This document shows positions 41,109 to 50,344 of a stretch of DNA of 64,000 nt, one piece after another; position 1 is the first letter of the stretch, and every line of letters begins with the position of its first letter. Source of the stretch: Terriglobia bacterium (GTDB lineage Bacteria; Acidobacteriota; Terriglobia; Terriglobales; Acidobacteriaceae). Both the position numbers and the translations under genes were made by a program. A model generated the notes under the pieces. It was not told where the DNA came from. It worked only from the letters and a program-made list of their open reading frames with translations, and did not search any database. The stretch covers positions 212,649 through 276,648 of the forward strand of contig CAWCHA010000003.1 in the NCBI GenBank assembly GCA_963795245.1, given 5' to 3'.

Positions 41109-42308
41109 CTATTTCCGCGGCCGTAATTTTTTCAGGCGTTCTCCGGCCGCATCCAGCGTCTCGTCGCGCTTGCAGAAGGCGAACCGCACTTGCTGGGTCC
41201 CGTCCCGCGCATCGTTGTAAAAGCTCGATCCCGGCACCGCCGCCACTCCAATCTCTTTCACCAGATATTTCACGAACTCGACGTCATCGGGAAAGCCGAA
41301 TTGGCGGATGTCGGTCATCACGTAATAAGCGCCCCGGGGAACAAAGCAGCGGAACCCCGCTTCAGTCAGCATCGGGATCAGCCGGTCGCGGCGTTTGCGG
41401 TATCCGTCAGCCAAGCTCCGATAATAAGTGGCCGGCAGGCCTAGAGCTGAGGCCCCGGCTTCCTGCAAGGGTGCGGGCGCGCCTACGGTAAGAAAATCAT
41501 GCACCTTGCGGATCGCATCCGTGATCGCGGGCGGAGCTACTGCCCATCCGACGCGCCATCCGGTCACGGCATAGGTCTTCGATAAACCGTTAATGGTGAT
41601 AGTGCGCTCGCGCATGCCGTCGAGCGACGCGATCGAAATGTGGCGAGCGCCGTCATAGAGAATGTGTTCGTAGATTTCATCGGTGATGGCGAGGACGTTG
41701 AATTCCACGCACAAGTCACGGATCAGTTCGAGTTCAGTGCGGGTAAACACTTTTCCGGTGGGATTGTTTGGCGTATTTACCACGATCGCTTTGGTGTGAT
41801 TGTGAAAAGCCGCGCGCAGCTCGCGTTCGTCGAAGGTCCACTCGCCGTCTGGAGTTACAGGCGGACGCAGCTTCACAAACCGCGGCTTGGCTCCGGAAAT
41901 GATGGAATCCGGTCCGTAATTTTCGTAGAAGGGTTCGAAGATTATGACTTCATCGCCGGGGTTGCACACTGCCAGCAAAGTCGAGACTATGGTTTCGGTG
42001 GAACCGCAACAGACTGTGATCTCGCGCTCGGGATCGACCGGAATGCCCTGCCACACCTCCATTTGGCGCGCAATGGCATTGCGCAGGTTCTTCGCGCCCC
42101 AGGTGATGGCGTACTGATTAATGTCCGCGGCAATTGCTTCCTGCGCCGCCCGTTTAATTTCCGCCGGAGCAGGGAAGTCCGGGAAGCCCTGTGACAGGTT
42201 CACGGCGCCATGCAGCATGGCCTGACGCGTCATCTCGCGGATCACGGACTCTGTGAAGTGGGCGACGCGTTCGCTGAGAAAGGATTTCTGGCTGGCGGTT
42301 TCTGCCAT
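41109..42308 (-). CDS. class I/II PLP-dependent aminotransferase
   Basis: 399-aa ORF ..VNLSQGFPDFPAP..TVCCGSTE..FEPFYENYGP..VVNTPNNPTGKVF..NGLSKTYAVTGWRVGW.. Confidence 0.88.
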   Translation of the reverse strand: MAETASQKSFLSERVAHFTESVIREMTRQAMLHGAVNLSQGFPDFPAPAEIKRAAQEAIAADINQYAITWGAKNLRNAIARQMEVWQGIPVDPEREITVCCGSTETIVSTLLAVCNPGDEVIIFEPFYENYGPDSIISGAKPRFVKLRPPVTPDGEWTFDERELRAAFHNHTKAIVVNTPNNPTGKVFTRTELELIRDLCVEFNVLAITDEIYEHILYDGARHISIASLDGMRERTITINGLSKTYAVTGWRVGWAVAPPAITDAIRKVHDFLTVGAPAPLQEAGASALGLPATYYRSLADGYRKRRDRLIPMLTEAGFRCFVPRGAYYVMTDIRQFGFPDDVEFVKYLVKEIGVAAVPGSSFYNDARDGTQQVRFAFCKRDETLDAAGERLKKLRPRK

Positions 42309-42364
42309 CAGTCGAGCCTAGCACACCCCGTGAGCCGTTACCGGCCGTCGGGGGACGGGTAAAA

Positions 42365-42469
42365 TGTGGGGCGGACACTCTTGTCCGCCGCCTTTGACTT
42401 TGGTTTTGAAGTTGGAAGTCAAAAGCAGAATCAAAGTCAACGGGGGCGGAGAAGAGGGTCCGCCCCACA
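42365..42469. repeat. palindromic element, family A
   Basis: tgtggggcggacactcttgtccgccgcc .. tttgactttggttttgaagttggaagtcaaaagcagaatcaaagtcaa .. ggcggagaagagggtccgccccaca. Confidence 0.85.
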
Positions 42470-42618
42470 GGCTACCCGTCCGGCCGAGCGAAGCTCGGCA
42501 GTGCTGTTGAGGCGACTGAACCCTATTCGATTGCCGTCTGGAAGCGCTGGCGAGCCTTGCTCGCCCTGCCGCGCTCAGGACAGGCTCCGACCCGGCCCCA
42601 CACAGATATTGCCGGGTA

Positions 42619-43926
42619 CTAATGTTTCGCTTTTTCCCGAACAAAAAAATGTTCTTTATCCATGTCCGCGGGTACGGCCACGTCGAAGAACCCGACCATC
42701 ATCTCCTGATACGTCTGATCACCCCAGGTCACCGTGGCGGTCGGATCCGGATTATGCGGATTATTGCGCGAGTTGTCATACCACGCCACGGCTCGCAGTC
42801 GGGTTCCGGCCTTCAGGAGTCTGGGCTCGGCCAGGCGATAACTCAGCTGCCAGTGAAAGTGATAATTTACGCGCAGCAACGTTTCGATCGAGCCATCGGG
42901 TTGCACGATGTCGTACTCAAAACGCTTTCCGCGCAGATGCATGTGCGGAAACAGGCTGAGCAGCGTGGCGTCGTGCGGCAGCGTGCCCTGCACTTCAACC
43001 CGGAAGTCATCCGCGCCTGGCGGAATAATGAACGAGTGATCGTTGAGTTGCAGAGTAATGACGCGCTGCTGCGGCGGAGATTTCACGAACACCAGTCCGA
43101 TGCTGGTCTGATCGTTTCCCGCCGTGCCGTTGGTGGTGTAGTGAATCTGGAAAACCAGATCAGATCCTGCCGGAACAAACTTCGCCATGCTGTCCGGCCA
43201 GCGGTCGGGCGAACTGCCCGGTGCGTACACCAGCAACAGGTCACTGGTGGTCCCGTGGGCTTCCAAACGGTCCTGCGGATCGCTCAGCGTTGAAGCCGTG
43301 AACGGCGCGCCAACCGGCGCATGCCGTAACCATTTGGAATCCGGCGGCCTAATGTAGACAACCGCGTGATGCACGTACTGCGGACTCGAAGGATGGACCT
43401 CCGCCATCTGGACCCATTTGTCTTCAGTGAAGTGCGTAGGCACGATCTCGTAGGTGTATTCCACATCGCCGTCCGCCGGGATCGTGACCGGCTTGGGCAT
43501 TGGCAAAACCATGTCTGGTTTCGCAATGTTCCATCCCTCGGTCCAGTGCGACGTAGCCTGGGCATCATGGGGATCGCCCGCTGGGGCGCCGGTCGCAACC
43601 CAGGCCAGCATCGTAGAAATTTGTTGAGGCGTCAGTGACGGATCATTAGAGAAGTGCCCGAATCGACGGTCAGCGAACCATGGCGGCATCATCCCACTTT
43701 GGACTGCCTTGGCGATCGCGGGCGCCCATGGCCGCGTCTGGTGGTATGTCACGAACGGCATCGGAGCAACTTCGCTGGGGCGGTGACAACTTTGGCAGTG
43801 GTCCTGAAGAAGAGGCAGGATGTCTTTGTAGAAAGTAGGAGTTGGTCCTGTCGGAGGAGAAGTAGCGGTCGCGACCGCGATGGCTGCTGTGGCGAAACTT
43901 GCGATCAGGCCGAGGCGAAAGCGCAC
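42619..43926 (-). CDS. exported CXXCH (heme-c motif) protein with PHM/DBH-like copper-monooxygenase-type C-terminal region
   Basis: 435-aa ORF (GTG start) with signal peptide. FYKDILPLLQDHCQSCHRPSEVAPMPF and a later His-rich beta region (VHHAVVY, HMHLRGKRFEY). The domain naming is from memory. Confidence 0.7.
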   Translation of the reverse strand: MRFRLGLIASFATAAIAVATATSPPTGPTPTFYKDILPLLQDHCQSCHRPSEVAPMPFVTYHQTRPWAPAIAKAVQSGMMPPWFADRRFGHFSNDPSLTPQQISTMLAWVATGAPAGDPHDAQATSHWTEGWNIAKPDMVLPMPKPVTIPADGDVEYTYEIVPTHFTEDKWVQMAEVHPSSPQYVHHAVVYIRPPDSKWLRHAPVGAPFTASTLSDPQDRLEAHGTTSDLLLVYAPGSSPDRWPDSMAKFVPAGSDLVFQIHYTTNGTAGNDQTSIGLVFVKSPPQQRVITLQLNDHSFIIPPGADDFRVEVQGTLPHDATLLSLFPHMHLRGKRFEYDIVQPDGSIETLLRVNYHFHWQLSYRLAEPRLLKAGTRLRAVAWYDNSRNNPHNPDPTATVTWGDQTYQEMMVGFFDVAVPADMDKEHFFVREKAKH

Positions 43927-43940
43927 CCTAACAGTGTACG

Positions 43941-44143
43941 TTGTCGTCCTGAGCGTAGTGGCCGCTTCGCGTAGCGAAGGAGCTACGCAGTCGAAGGACC
44001 CCTATAAGCTGCACGCTTTCGCTCCAACAATAATTTCTTCGCGCGTTGATCGTCGAAGTGAGACCGTGAAGAGGGTAGGAAAATCCTTCGACTCCACGTT
44101 GCATTTCGCAAGCGAAATGCAATGCTCCGCTCAGGATGACCGC
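43941..44143. repeat. palindromic intergenic element, family B (long form)
   Basis: ttgtcgtcctgagcgtag..cgaaggacccctataagc .. ccttcgactccacg..gctccgctcaggatgaccgc. It fills the whole spacer between the 42619-43926 start and the pheT stop. Confidence 0.8.
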
Positions 44144-44145
44144 GC

Positions 44146-46182
44146 TTACGCGCGCTGCTTGCCGCCGAGACCTTCCAGCGCCTTGACGATCTGCGCCGAC
44201 CACTGCGCCACTTCATCTTCCCGCAGAGTGCGCTCTGAGGATTGAAGCCGGGCGCGCAGCAGCAGGGAATACTTGCCGGCTGGAACGTTGCCTCCGCGGA
44301 AAATCTCTGCCGGGACAAAGCTGCGCAACTCGGCCAGGCCGAGCGCGGCAACACTCTGCTGGATTTTCTCGAAGGTCACGCTGTCGTCGAAGACAAATGA
44401 AAAATCTCGTTCGACGGCGGGATACCGAGGCAGGGGCTGGTAGCGAACCACTCGCAAGCCCTGCTCGTACAGTTCGTCAAGATAAAGTTCGGCAATGAAG
44501 ACGCTCTGGCGCAGCTTGCGGGCAGCTGCAATATCGGGATGGACCTGCCCAAACTGGGCTACCAGCGCGCCATCCATCAGCGCCCGCGCCGAGCGCCCAG
44601 GATCATAGTAATCCGCTGTGTGGGCATCGTAACGCAAGGACTGGTGCTGGAAGGCGTGCAGCAAATCCTCTACGTCGCCCTTCAGATCGAAAAATCTTCC
44701 GTCGCGGGCGCCCCATGCTTGCGTTTTTTGCGCGGGCGGCGATGTAACGCCCACGCAGATGCGTTTGGGTTCAGCCGTGGCATTTCCGCTCGCAACAAAT
44801 ACCGAGCCTGCCTCAAACAGGCGCACACTCTCCGCGCCACGATTCAGGTTGTACGCCAGCATATTGAGCATGCCGGGCACCAGTGAGCTCCGCATCACCG
44901 ACGCTTCTTCGCTCTGCGGATTGGCCAGCTCAAGCACACGGGCCGAAGAAAAGGCCTCGGCATCTTCGTGCGAAATAAATGTCAGCGACACCGCTTCGTC
45001 ATAACCGAGCGCCAGCAGCGAGGTTCGAAGTTTACGATCTTTTTCCGCGTCAGGCGCTTCCGTCACCGCTCCGGAATATTCCGGCAGCGTGTTGGTGAAC
45101 TTGTCGAAGCCATGCAGGCGGGCGATCTCTTCGATCAGGTCGATCTCCCGTTCCACGTCCAGACGCCAGCTGGGAATGTGGACGGTGAAATCAGGGTCTC
45201 CGCCACGTTCCGGCATCAGCTCAAAACCGAGTTGCTGGAGAATTCGGAAAATCTCGTTGGTCTCGAGCTTCTCGCCGAGAATGCGATGCACTTCCGCAAG
45301 ATGCAGAGCAACCGGTGCCAGGTCGACTTGTCGTGCCACTGCATCAATCGAAGCGCCGTCCAGTTTGCCGCCAGCTGATTCGAGAATCAGCGCGGCCACT
45401 CGATCACAAGCCTTGGTCGTGGCTTCGAAGTCAGCGCCTCGCTCGAAGCGATGTGACGCATCGGTATGCAGCCCATGGCGCCGCGAACTTCGGCGGATGG
45501 TTGCCGGATCGAACCAGGCGGACTCGATGAGAATGTTCTTCGTCTTGTCGGTAATCATGGTGCCGAATCCACCCATGACACCGGCCAGCGCAACTGGCTT
45601 GACGGCGTCCGCAATTACTAGATCTTCGGGCGTAAGCTTGCGCTCGACACCATCCAGGGTCTTCAAAGTCTCGCCAGTGAAGGCCCGCCGCACCAGAATC
45701 TTGCCGCCTTCAAGAAGATCAAGATCGAAGACGTGCGTGGGATGCCCCATCTCCCAAAGCGTGTAATTGGTCGCGTCGGCTGCGCTGTTGATCGGCCGCT
45801 GATCGACCAGCATCAGGCGTTTTGTAATCGTCTCGGGAGAAGGGGTGATGTGTACGTCGCGAACCACGCGAGCGGTGTAGCGGGCGCATCCTGCATTGTC
45901 CGCGATTTCCACGACGAAATCCGGTTTGCCAGTGGCCGCGGGCAACTTCGAAGCGATGGCCGGCAGTGGCAAGTTGTAAATCACCGAAACTTCGCGCGCG
46001 ACACCGTAGTGGTTCATGGCATCCGGACGATTGGTGCCAATCTCCATCTCGAACACGGCGTTCGTGCCTTCGCCACTGATGCTTTCGACGGCGATTCCGA
46101 CCGAGGTAAGGTCCTGCGACAGGCGGAGATTGTCCACCTTGGGGTCGACGAACTCGCGCAGCCATGTGGGGGAAAGTTTCAT
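44146..46182 (-). CDS. pheT: phenylalanine--tRNA ligase beta subunit (short form lacking the B2 OB-fold domain)
   Basis: 678-aa ORF MKLSPTWLREFVDPKVDNLRLSQDLTSVGIAVESISGEG-TNAVFEMEIGTNRPDAMNHYGVAREV.., with B3/4, B5 and FDX-ACB-like C-terminus. Confidence 0.9.
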   Translation of the reverse strand: MKLSPTWLREFVDPKVDNLRLSQDLTSVGIAVESISGEGTNAVFEMEIGTNRPDAMNHYGVAREVSVIYNLPLPAIASKLPAATGKPDFVVEIADNAGCARYTARVVRDVHITPSPETITKRLMLVDQRPINSAADATNYTLWEMGHPTHVFDLDLLEGGKILVRRAFTGETLKTLDGVERKLTPEDLVIADAVKPVALAGVMGGFGTMITDKTKNILIESAWFDPATIRRSSRRHGLHTDASHRFERGADFEATTKACDRVAALILESAGGKLDGASIDAVARQVDLAPVALHLAEVHRILGEKLETNEIFRILQQLGFELMPERGGDPDFTVHIPSWRLDVEREIDLIEEIARLHGFDKFTNTLPEYSGAVTEAPDAEKDRKLRTSLLALGYDEAVSLTFISHEDAEAFSSARVLELANPQSEEASVMRSSLVPGMLNMLAYNLNRGAESVRLFEAGSVFVASGNATAEPKRICVGVTSPPAQKTQAWGARDGRFFDLKGDVEDLLHAFQHQSLRYDAHTADYYDPGRSARALMDGALVAQFGQVHPDIAAARKLRQSVFIAELYLDELYEQGLRVVRYQPLPRYPAVERDFSFVFDDSVTFEKIQQSVAALGLAELRSFVPAEIFRGGNVPAGKYSLLLRARLQSSERTLREDEVAQWSAQIVKALEGLGGKQRA

Positions 46183-46184
46183 TT

Positions 46185-46271
46185 AGCTCTCAACTGTCAG
46201 CTCTTCAGCTTTTAGCTTTTAGCGTAAGCCGCAATGCCACGTTGCAAGCTAGAAGCTAAGAGCTAAAAGCT
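46185..46271. repeat. palindromic element, family F (AGCTAAAAGCTAAG words)
   Basis: agctcttcagcttttagcttttagc .. gctagaagctaagagctaaaagct. It occupies the entire pheS-pheT spacer. Confidence 0.8.
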
Positions 46272-46273
46272 TT

Positions 46274-47392
46274 CTACCCAAACTGTTCTAAAAATCTGAC
46301 ATCCCCGTTGAAGAACAACTGAATGTCATCCACGCCGTACTTCAGAATTGCGATGCGGTCGGCGCCCATGCCGAAGGCGAAGCCGCTGACTTTTTTGGGA
46401 TCGTAATCTACAAAGCCGTACACGTTCGGATCGACCATGCCGCAGCCGAGAATTTCGATCCATCCCGTCTGCTTGCAGGGACGACACGGTTCCGAGCCTC
46501 GCTTGCCGCTGCCTCCACAAATAAAGCAGGACACCATCATCTCGGCGCTGGGCTCGGTGAAAGGGAAGAACGACGGACGGAAACTGGTCTTCACACTCGA
46601 TCCGAAAAGCGCCTTCATGGCGTGATCGAGCGTGCCCTTCAAATCGCGGAAAGTGATGTTGGTGTCGACAGCCAGCCCTTCGACTTGATGGAACATCGGC
46701 GAATGGCTGGCGTCCGGCGGATCATTGCGGTGCACTTTGCCGGGAATCACGATCCTGACTGGCGGCTTCATCTTTTCCATGGTGCGAATCTGCACCGGAG
46801 AAGTATGAGTGCGGAGCAGCAGGCGTTCGCGCTGCGGCTTCGATTCCTGATTGGCGATAAACAGCGTGTCCTGAGTATCTCGCGCCGGATGATTGGGCGG
46901 AAAATTCAGAGCCTCGAAATTGTAGTAATCGGTTTCGATCACCGGCCCCTCTTCGACCGAGTAGCCAAGATTGCGGAAGACGGAAACGATTTCGTGCATC
47001 GTCTTGATCACGGGATGTTCGGAGCCGAGGGGGCGGCGGTTGCCGGGGAGCGTAATGTCGAGGAAGTCGGTCGCGGTTTTTCCAGAAGTCGCGCTGGAAG
47101 GCTGAGCTTGTAAGTCCTCAGCTTTAGCTACTGCTTCTTCGACCGAGGCCTTGATCTGATTGACGCGCTGTCCCACTTCGCGCTTGGCGTCTTTGGGCGC
47201 CGCCTTCAGCCAGAGATCGTTGATCTCCGTGAGCACGCCGTTCTTGCGGGCCATCCAGCGGTCGCGGAAGGTTTTCCAGTCGGCCTCGGTCTTGACGACT
47301 GAGGCTTCCTGCTTCAATGCGGCGAGGAGCTTCTCGACTGCTTTGTCGAGCGCGGTCGCCGTGAAGCTTTTAAGCTTAGGGACGGAGTACAT
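46274..47392 (-). CDS. pheS: phenylalanine--tRNA ligase alpha subunit
   Basis: 372-aa ORF ..HPVIKTMHEIVSVFRNLGYSVEEGPVIETDYYNFEALNFPPNHPARD..LLRTHTSPVQIR..FHQVEG..FPFTEPS..GMGADRIAIL. Confidence 0.92.
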   Translation of the reverse strand: MYSVPKLKSFTATALDKAVEKLLAALKQEASVVKTEADWKTFRDRWMARKNGVLTEINDLWLKAAPKDAKREVGQRVNQIKASVEEAVAKAEDLQAQPSSATSGKTATDFLDITLPGNRRPLGSEHPVIKTMHEIVSVFRNLGYSVEEGPVIETDYYNFEALNFPPNHPARDTQDTLFIANQESKPQRERLLLRTHTSPVQIRTMEKMKPPVRIVIPGKVHRNDPPDASHSPMFHQVEGLAVDTNITFRDLKGTLDHAMKALFGSSVKTSFRPSFFPFTEPSAEMMVSCFICGGSGKRGSEPCRPCKQTGWIEILGCGMVDPNVYGFVDYDPKKVSGFAFGMGADRIAILKYGVDDIQLFFNGDVRFLEQFG

Positions 47393-47476
47393 AGAAGCAG
47401 TTCTTGGTTTCCGGTTCGCAGTTCCCAGTTCCTGACAAAAACAGTCAGGCCGGCGCGGCTGAGGCCACGCCTGGGA

Positions 47477-47505
47477 AGCTAAAAGCTAAGAGCTAATTGC
47501 TAAAG
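47477..47505. repeat. family F word block
   Basis: agctaaaagctaagagctaattgctaaag, ending 7 nt before the rplT stop. It is preceded by hairpin cctgac-aaaaaca-gtcagg (47431-47449). Confidence 0.7.
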
Positions 47506-47511
47506 GGTGTT

Positions 47512-47877
47512 TTACGCTGCCCCGCCGATAGCAACCTTCGCCTGCTCAGCGAGGCTCTTAAACGCGCCGGGATCCTTCACCGCCAGGTCGGCCAGGATCT
47601 TGCGATCCAGTTCGATGCCGCCCAATTTGAGACCGTGGATGAACTGGTTGTAGCTCATCCCGTTCAATTTGGCGGCGGCGCCGATGCGTACGATCCAGAG
47701 AGAGCGGTATTGCCGCTTTTTCTGTTTGCGTCCGGAGTAGGCGAACTTGAGCGCGCGGTCGACGGCTTCTTTTGCGGACCGGTAGAGTTTTGATTTTGTG
47801 AGGAAATAGCCACTGGCGCGGTCAAGAATCTTTTTGCGCTTGGCGCGACGTTTCGTTCCCCGTTTTACGCGAGGCAT
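47512..47877 (-). CDS. rplT: 50S ribosomal protein L20
   Basis: 121-aa [28 protein letters not shown].. Confidence 0.95.
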   Translation of the reverse strand: MPRVKRGTKRRAKRKKILDRASGYFLTKSKLYRSAKEAVDRALKFAYSGRKQKKRQYRSLWIVRIGAAAKLNGMSYNQFIHGLKLGGIELDRKILADLAVKDPGAFKSLAEQAKVAIGGAA

Positions 47878-48039
47878 GGATAGCTCCTTTTTAATGACTG
47901 GTTACGGCGGCTGGAGGTAGGAGACTCGAAGGTCTGATTGCCTCTTCACTCGCCTGGGCTGCGGTGTTTCAGAAACTTGCAGCCCCAGATCGCGGACGGG
48001 TCGCCCGCGACCACAAAAATACAGCAACAACAAAATCTT

Positions 48040-48234
48040 CTAGTACGGGATCATTCTTTTGATCTTGGGTGTGTCCGCGTCGCTTACCAGGACGGCTTGG
48101 CTCAGCTTGCCTTTGCGCTTCTTGTTCTTGGACGTCAGCATGTGGCGCAAGTGCGAGTGATGGCGCTTGACCTTGCCTGTCCCAGTCTTTTTGAAGCGCT
48201 TGGCGGCGCCCTTATGCGTCTTCAGCTTCGGCAT
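48040..48234 (-). CDS. rpmI: 50S ribosomal protein L35
   Basis: 64-aa [34 protein letters not shown]. Confidence 0.95.
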   Translation of the reverse strand: MPKLKTHKGAAKRFKKTGTGKVKRHHSHLRHMLTSKNKKRKGKLSQAVLVSDADTPKIKRMIPY

Positions 48235-48258
48235 AAATCCTCAGTGCTTTCTAGATTC

Positions 48259-48831
48259 CTACGCCTGATTCACCCGGCCTGTCGCCGGTTGTGATTGTGC
48301 GGGCTGTTTCTGTCCGGCATCTTTTTTCGGCGCCAGGATGGCGTGCAACGTATTGCCTTCCTGTCGCGGCCGGAACTCCACAATGCCTCTGTCGGCGATG
48401 TCTTTGATCAGCCGCTCCAGAATTTCGCGTCCCAGATTGGTACGCGTCATTTCTCGTCCGCGGAAGAAAATCGTCGCCTTTACTTTGTCTCCCTCATCGA
48501 GGAAGCGCAGCACGTGGTTTTTCTTGGTTTCGTAGTCGTGGTCGTCCACATTAATGCGGAACTTAACTTCCTTGACCACGATTACTTTTTGATGTTTCTT
48601 GGCCTCGCGTTCCTTTTTTTCCTGCTGATACAGGAATTTCCCATAGTCCATGATTCGGCATACGGGAGGAGTCGCAGTCGGGGAAATCTCGACCAGGTCA
48701 AGGTTCTTCTCGCGGGCCATTTTAAGCGCATCGTAAGGAGTCAAAATGCCGATCTGCTGGCCTTCGTCATCAATGACGCGGATTTCCCGCGCCCGAATGC
48801 GCTCGTTTGTGCGGATAAAGCGTTTATCGAT
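48259..48831 (-). CDS. infC: translation initiation factor IF-3, non-AUG start
   Basis: The track ORF (48259-48744) starts mid-protein. The frame stays open upstream: (ATC)DKRFIRTNERIRAREIRVIDDEGQQIGILTPYDALKMAREKNLDLVEI. GGAGGG lies 4-5 nt before ATC at 48831-48829. An in-frame ATT at 48861 is the alternative. Confidence 0.85.
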   Translation of the reverse strand: MDKRFIRTNERIRAREIRVIDDEGQQIGILTPYDALKMAREKNLDLVEISPTATPPVCRIMDYGKFLYQQEKKEREAKKHQKVIVVKEVKFRINVDDHDYETKKNHVLRFLDEGDKVKATIFFRGREMTRTNLGREILERLIKDIADRGIVEFRPRQEGNTLHAILAPKKDAGQKQPAQSQPATGRVNQA

Positions 48832-48874
48832 GCGACCCTCCGTCGGATAGCCAAGGCAAATGAAACAGGGAAAA

Positions 48875-48883
48875 ATTATAGCA
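48875..48883 (-). promoter_or_regulatory. extended -10 promoter element (TGCTATAAT) upstream of infC
   Basis: The minus strand reads catgcTATAATttttccc. The position fits a leader of about 35 nt ending at the ATC start. Confidence 0.4.
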
Positions 48884-48961
48884 TGGCGGCTCAGGATCGT
48901 CGCAGCATGCTTTGATCAGAATGGTTTAGTCATGCAGGGTTTGATCGCGAGGTGCGCCTCA

Positions 48962-48995
48962 CCAAGGAAAAGCCACGGCAGGTTCGCCGTGGCTT
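48962..48995 (-). terminator. rho-independent terminator after the small hydrophilic protein gene
   Basis: Minus strand aagccacgg-cgaacctg-ccgtggctt followed by ttcctt. Confidence 0.65.
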
Positions 48996-49018
48996 CGTCC
49001 ACTGGTCGCGATCCTGAT

Positions 49019-49219
49019 CTAGGATGCGCGGCGCTTTTCAACGTCCTCGGATCCTTCGCGGTCCTTGCGGTCGGTTCCGGATTCCTGTCCCGGATTCTTC
49101 CGGGTGGTGTCCTGCGGATTGTTAACATCCTGACCGGTCTGCGAACGGTTCTTCTGATTGGGATCAGTCGTGCTGCCCTGTCCCGGGTTCTGCTGGTTCT
49201 TCTCAGTATCGTTTCCCAT
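49019..49219 (-). CDS. small hydrophilic, probably disordered protein
   Basis: ORF 49019-49252. ATG at 49219 is preceded by AAGGAGGAG. MGNDTEKNQQNPGQGSTTDPNQKNRSQTGQDVNNPQDTTRKNPGQESGTDRKDREGSEDVEKRRAS. Confidence 0.6.
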   Translation of the reverse strand: MGNDTEKNQQNPGQGSTTDPNQKNRSQTGQDVNNPQDTTRKNPGQESGTDRKDREGSEDVEKRRAS

Positions 49220-49367
49220 GATGGCTCCTCCTTGAAAAATTACTCGTGACACGTTATTTCGTGTAACGTCGGGAACTTAGGTGCCGAAACCTGGTGCCGG
49301 GTAGCCTACGGCAGAAGTTTTTTGGATTCCGTGCATCGCCTTTTACGCCCGGCGAGGAAAATTAAAA

Positions 49368-50078
49368 ATGAAGCGCAGCTTGTGGCTGACTGGCAGTTTG
49401 TTATTGATGGCAACTTTGTCTCTCGCACAACTGGGAGAGATTACGAAACGCCTCGGACTGGGAAACGCGAACCTCAGCGATAGCAAAATCTCCTCGGGCT
49501 TGAAACAAGCTTTGCAGATCGGCGCCGAGCAGGCGGTGAAAGTTACCGGCCGCAGCAACGGATATTTCGGGAATCCTGACATCAAGATCCTGATGCCCAA
49601 CAATCTGCGGACCCTCGAAAAGGGCTTGCGGATGGTGGGATACGGGCCCAAGGTGGATGATTTGGTGCTGAGCATGAACCGGGCGGCGGAGGCCGCGGCT
49701 CCGGCCGCGCGAAAGATTTTTATCGACGCGATTACTGCCATGAGTTTTGACGATGCTCGCAGAATCCTCTCCGGAGGCGACACCGCGGCCACGAACTACT
49801 TCAAGGAAAAGACGACGCCGCAACTGACGGCGGCATTCCGTCCGGTGGTAGAGCAGACAATGGCCAGGAACGGCGTCACTCGGCAATACAACGGTCTTGT
49901 CGCCCAATACAAAAGCCTGCCATTCGCCCGGGACCAGGATCTGGACATCAGCCACTACGTAGTTTCGAAGGCGCTCGACGGGCTCTTTTTTGAATTAGGC
50001 CGGGAAGAAAAAAAGATTCGCCAGGACCCCGCGGCCCAGACTACCAACCTCCTCAAGGAAGTCTTCGGCCGGCACTAA
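49368..50078 (+). CDS. DUF4197 family exported protein
   Basis: 236-aa ORF with signal peptide. SGLKQALQIGAEQAVKVTGRSNGYFGNPDIKILMP..MNRAAEAAAPAARKIFIDAITAMSFDDARRILSGGDTAATNYF. Confidence 0.8.
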   Translation: MKRSLWLTGSLLLMATLSLAQLGEITKRLGLGNANLSDSKISSGLKQALQIGAEQAVKVTGRSNGYFGNPDIKILMPNNLRTLEKGLRMVGYGPKVDDLVLSMNRAAEAAAPAARKIFIDAITAMSFDDARRILSGGDTAATNYFKEKTTPQLTAAFRPVVEQTMARNGVTRQYNGLVAQYKSLPFARDQDLDISHYVVSKALDGLFFELGREEKKIRQDPAAQTTNLLKEVFGRH

Positions 50079-50087
50079 GTCCGGTCG

Positions 50088-50221
50088 TGTGCGGCGGACA
50101 TCCTGGTCCACCGCCTTTGAGTTTTTTCTTCAGGAGTTCGAAGTTCGGTTTCTTGAATACTCTTTGGTAACCAAGATCACCCCCAACTTCAAAGGCGGCG
50201 GACAAGAGTGTCCGCCCCACA
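50088..50221. repeat. palindromic element, family A (long spacer)
   Basis: tgtgcggcggacatcctggtccaccgcctttga .. tcaaaggcggcggacaagagtgtccgccccaca, starting 10 nt after the DUF4197 stop. Confidence 0.85.
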
Positions 50222-50344
50222 TCAGCACTTTCTCCCTGACGGGGAACTCCTGAGAATCAACTCGGGCACGTAATCGGGGTTTTGCTGTATTGCCGTAGGC
50301 CTGGGATTGTCATCTGATAGTGGAGATCAGGGGCCTGGTTGCTC

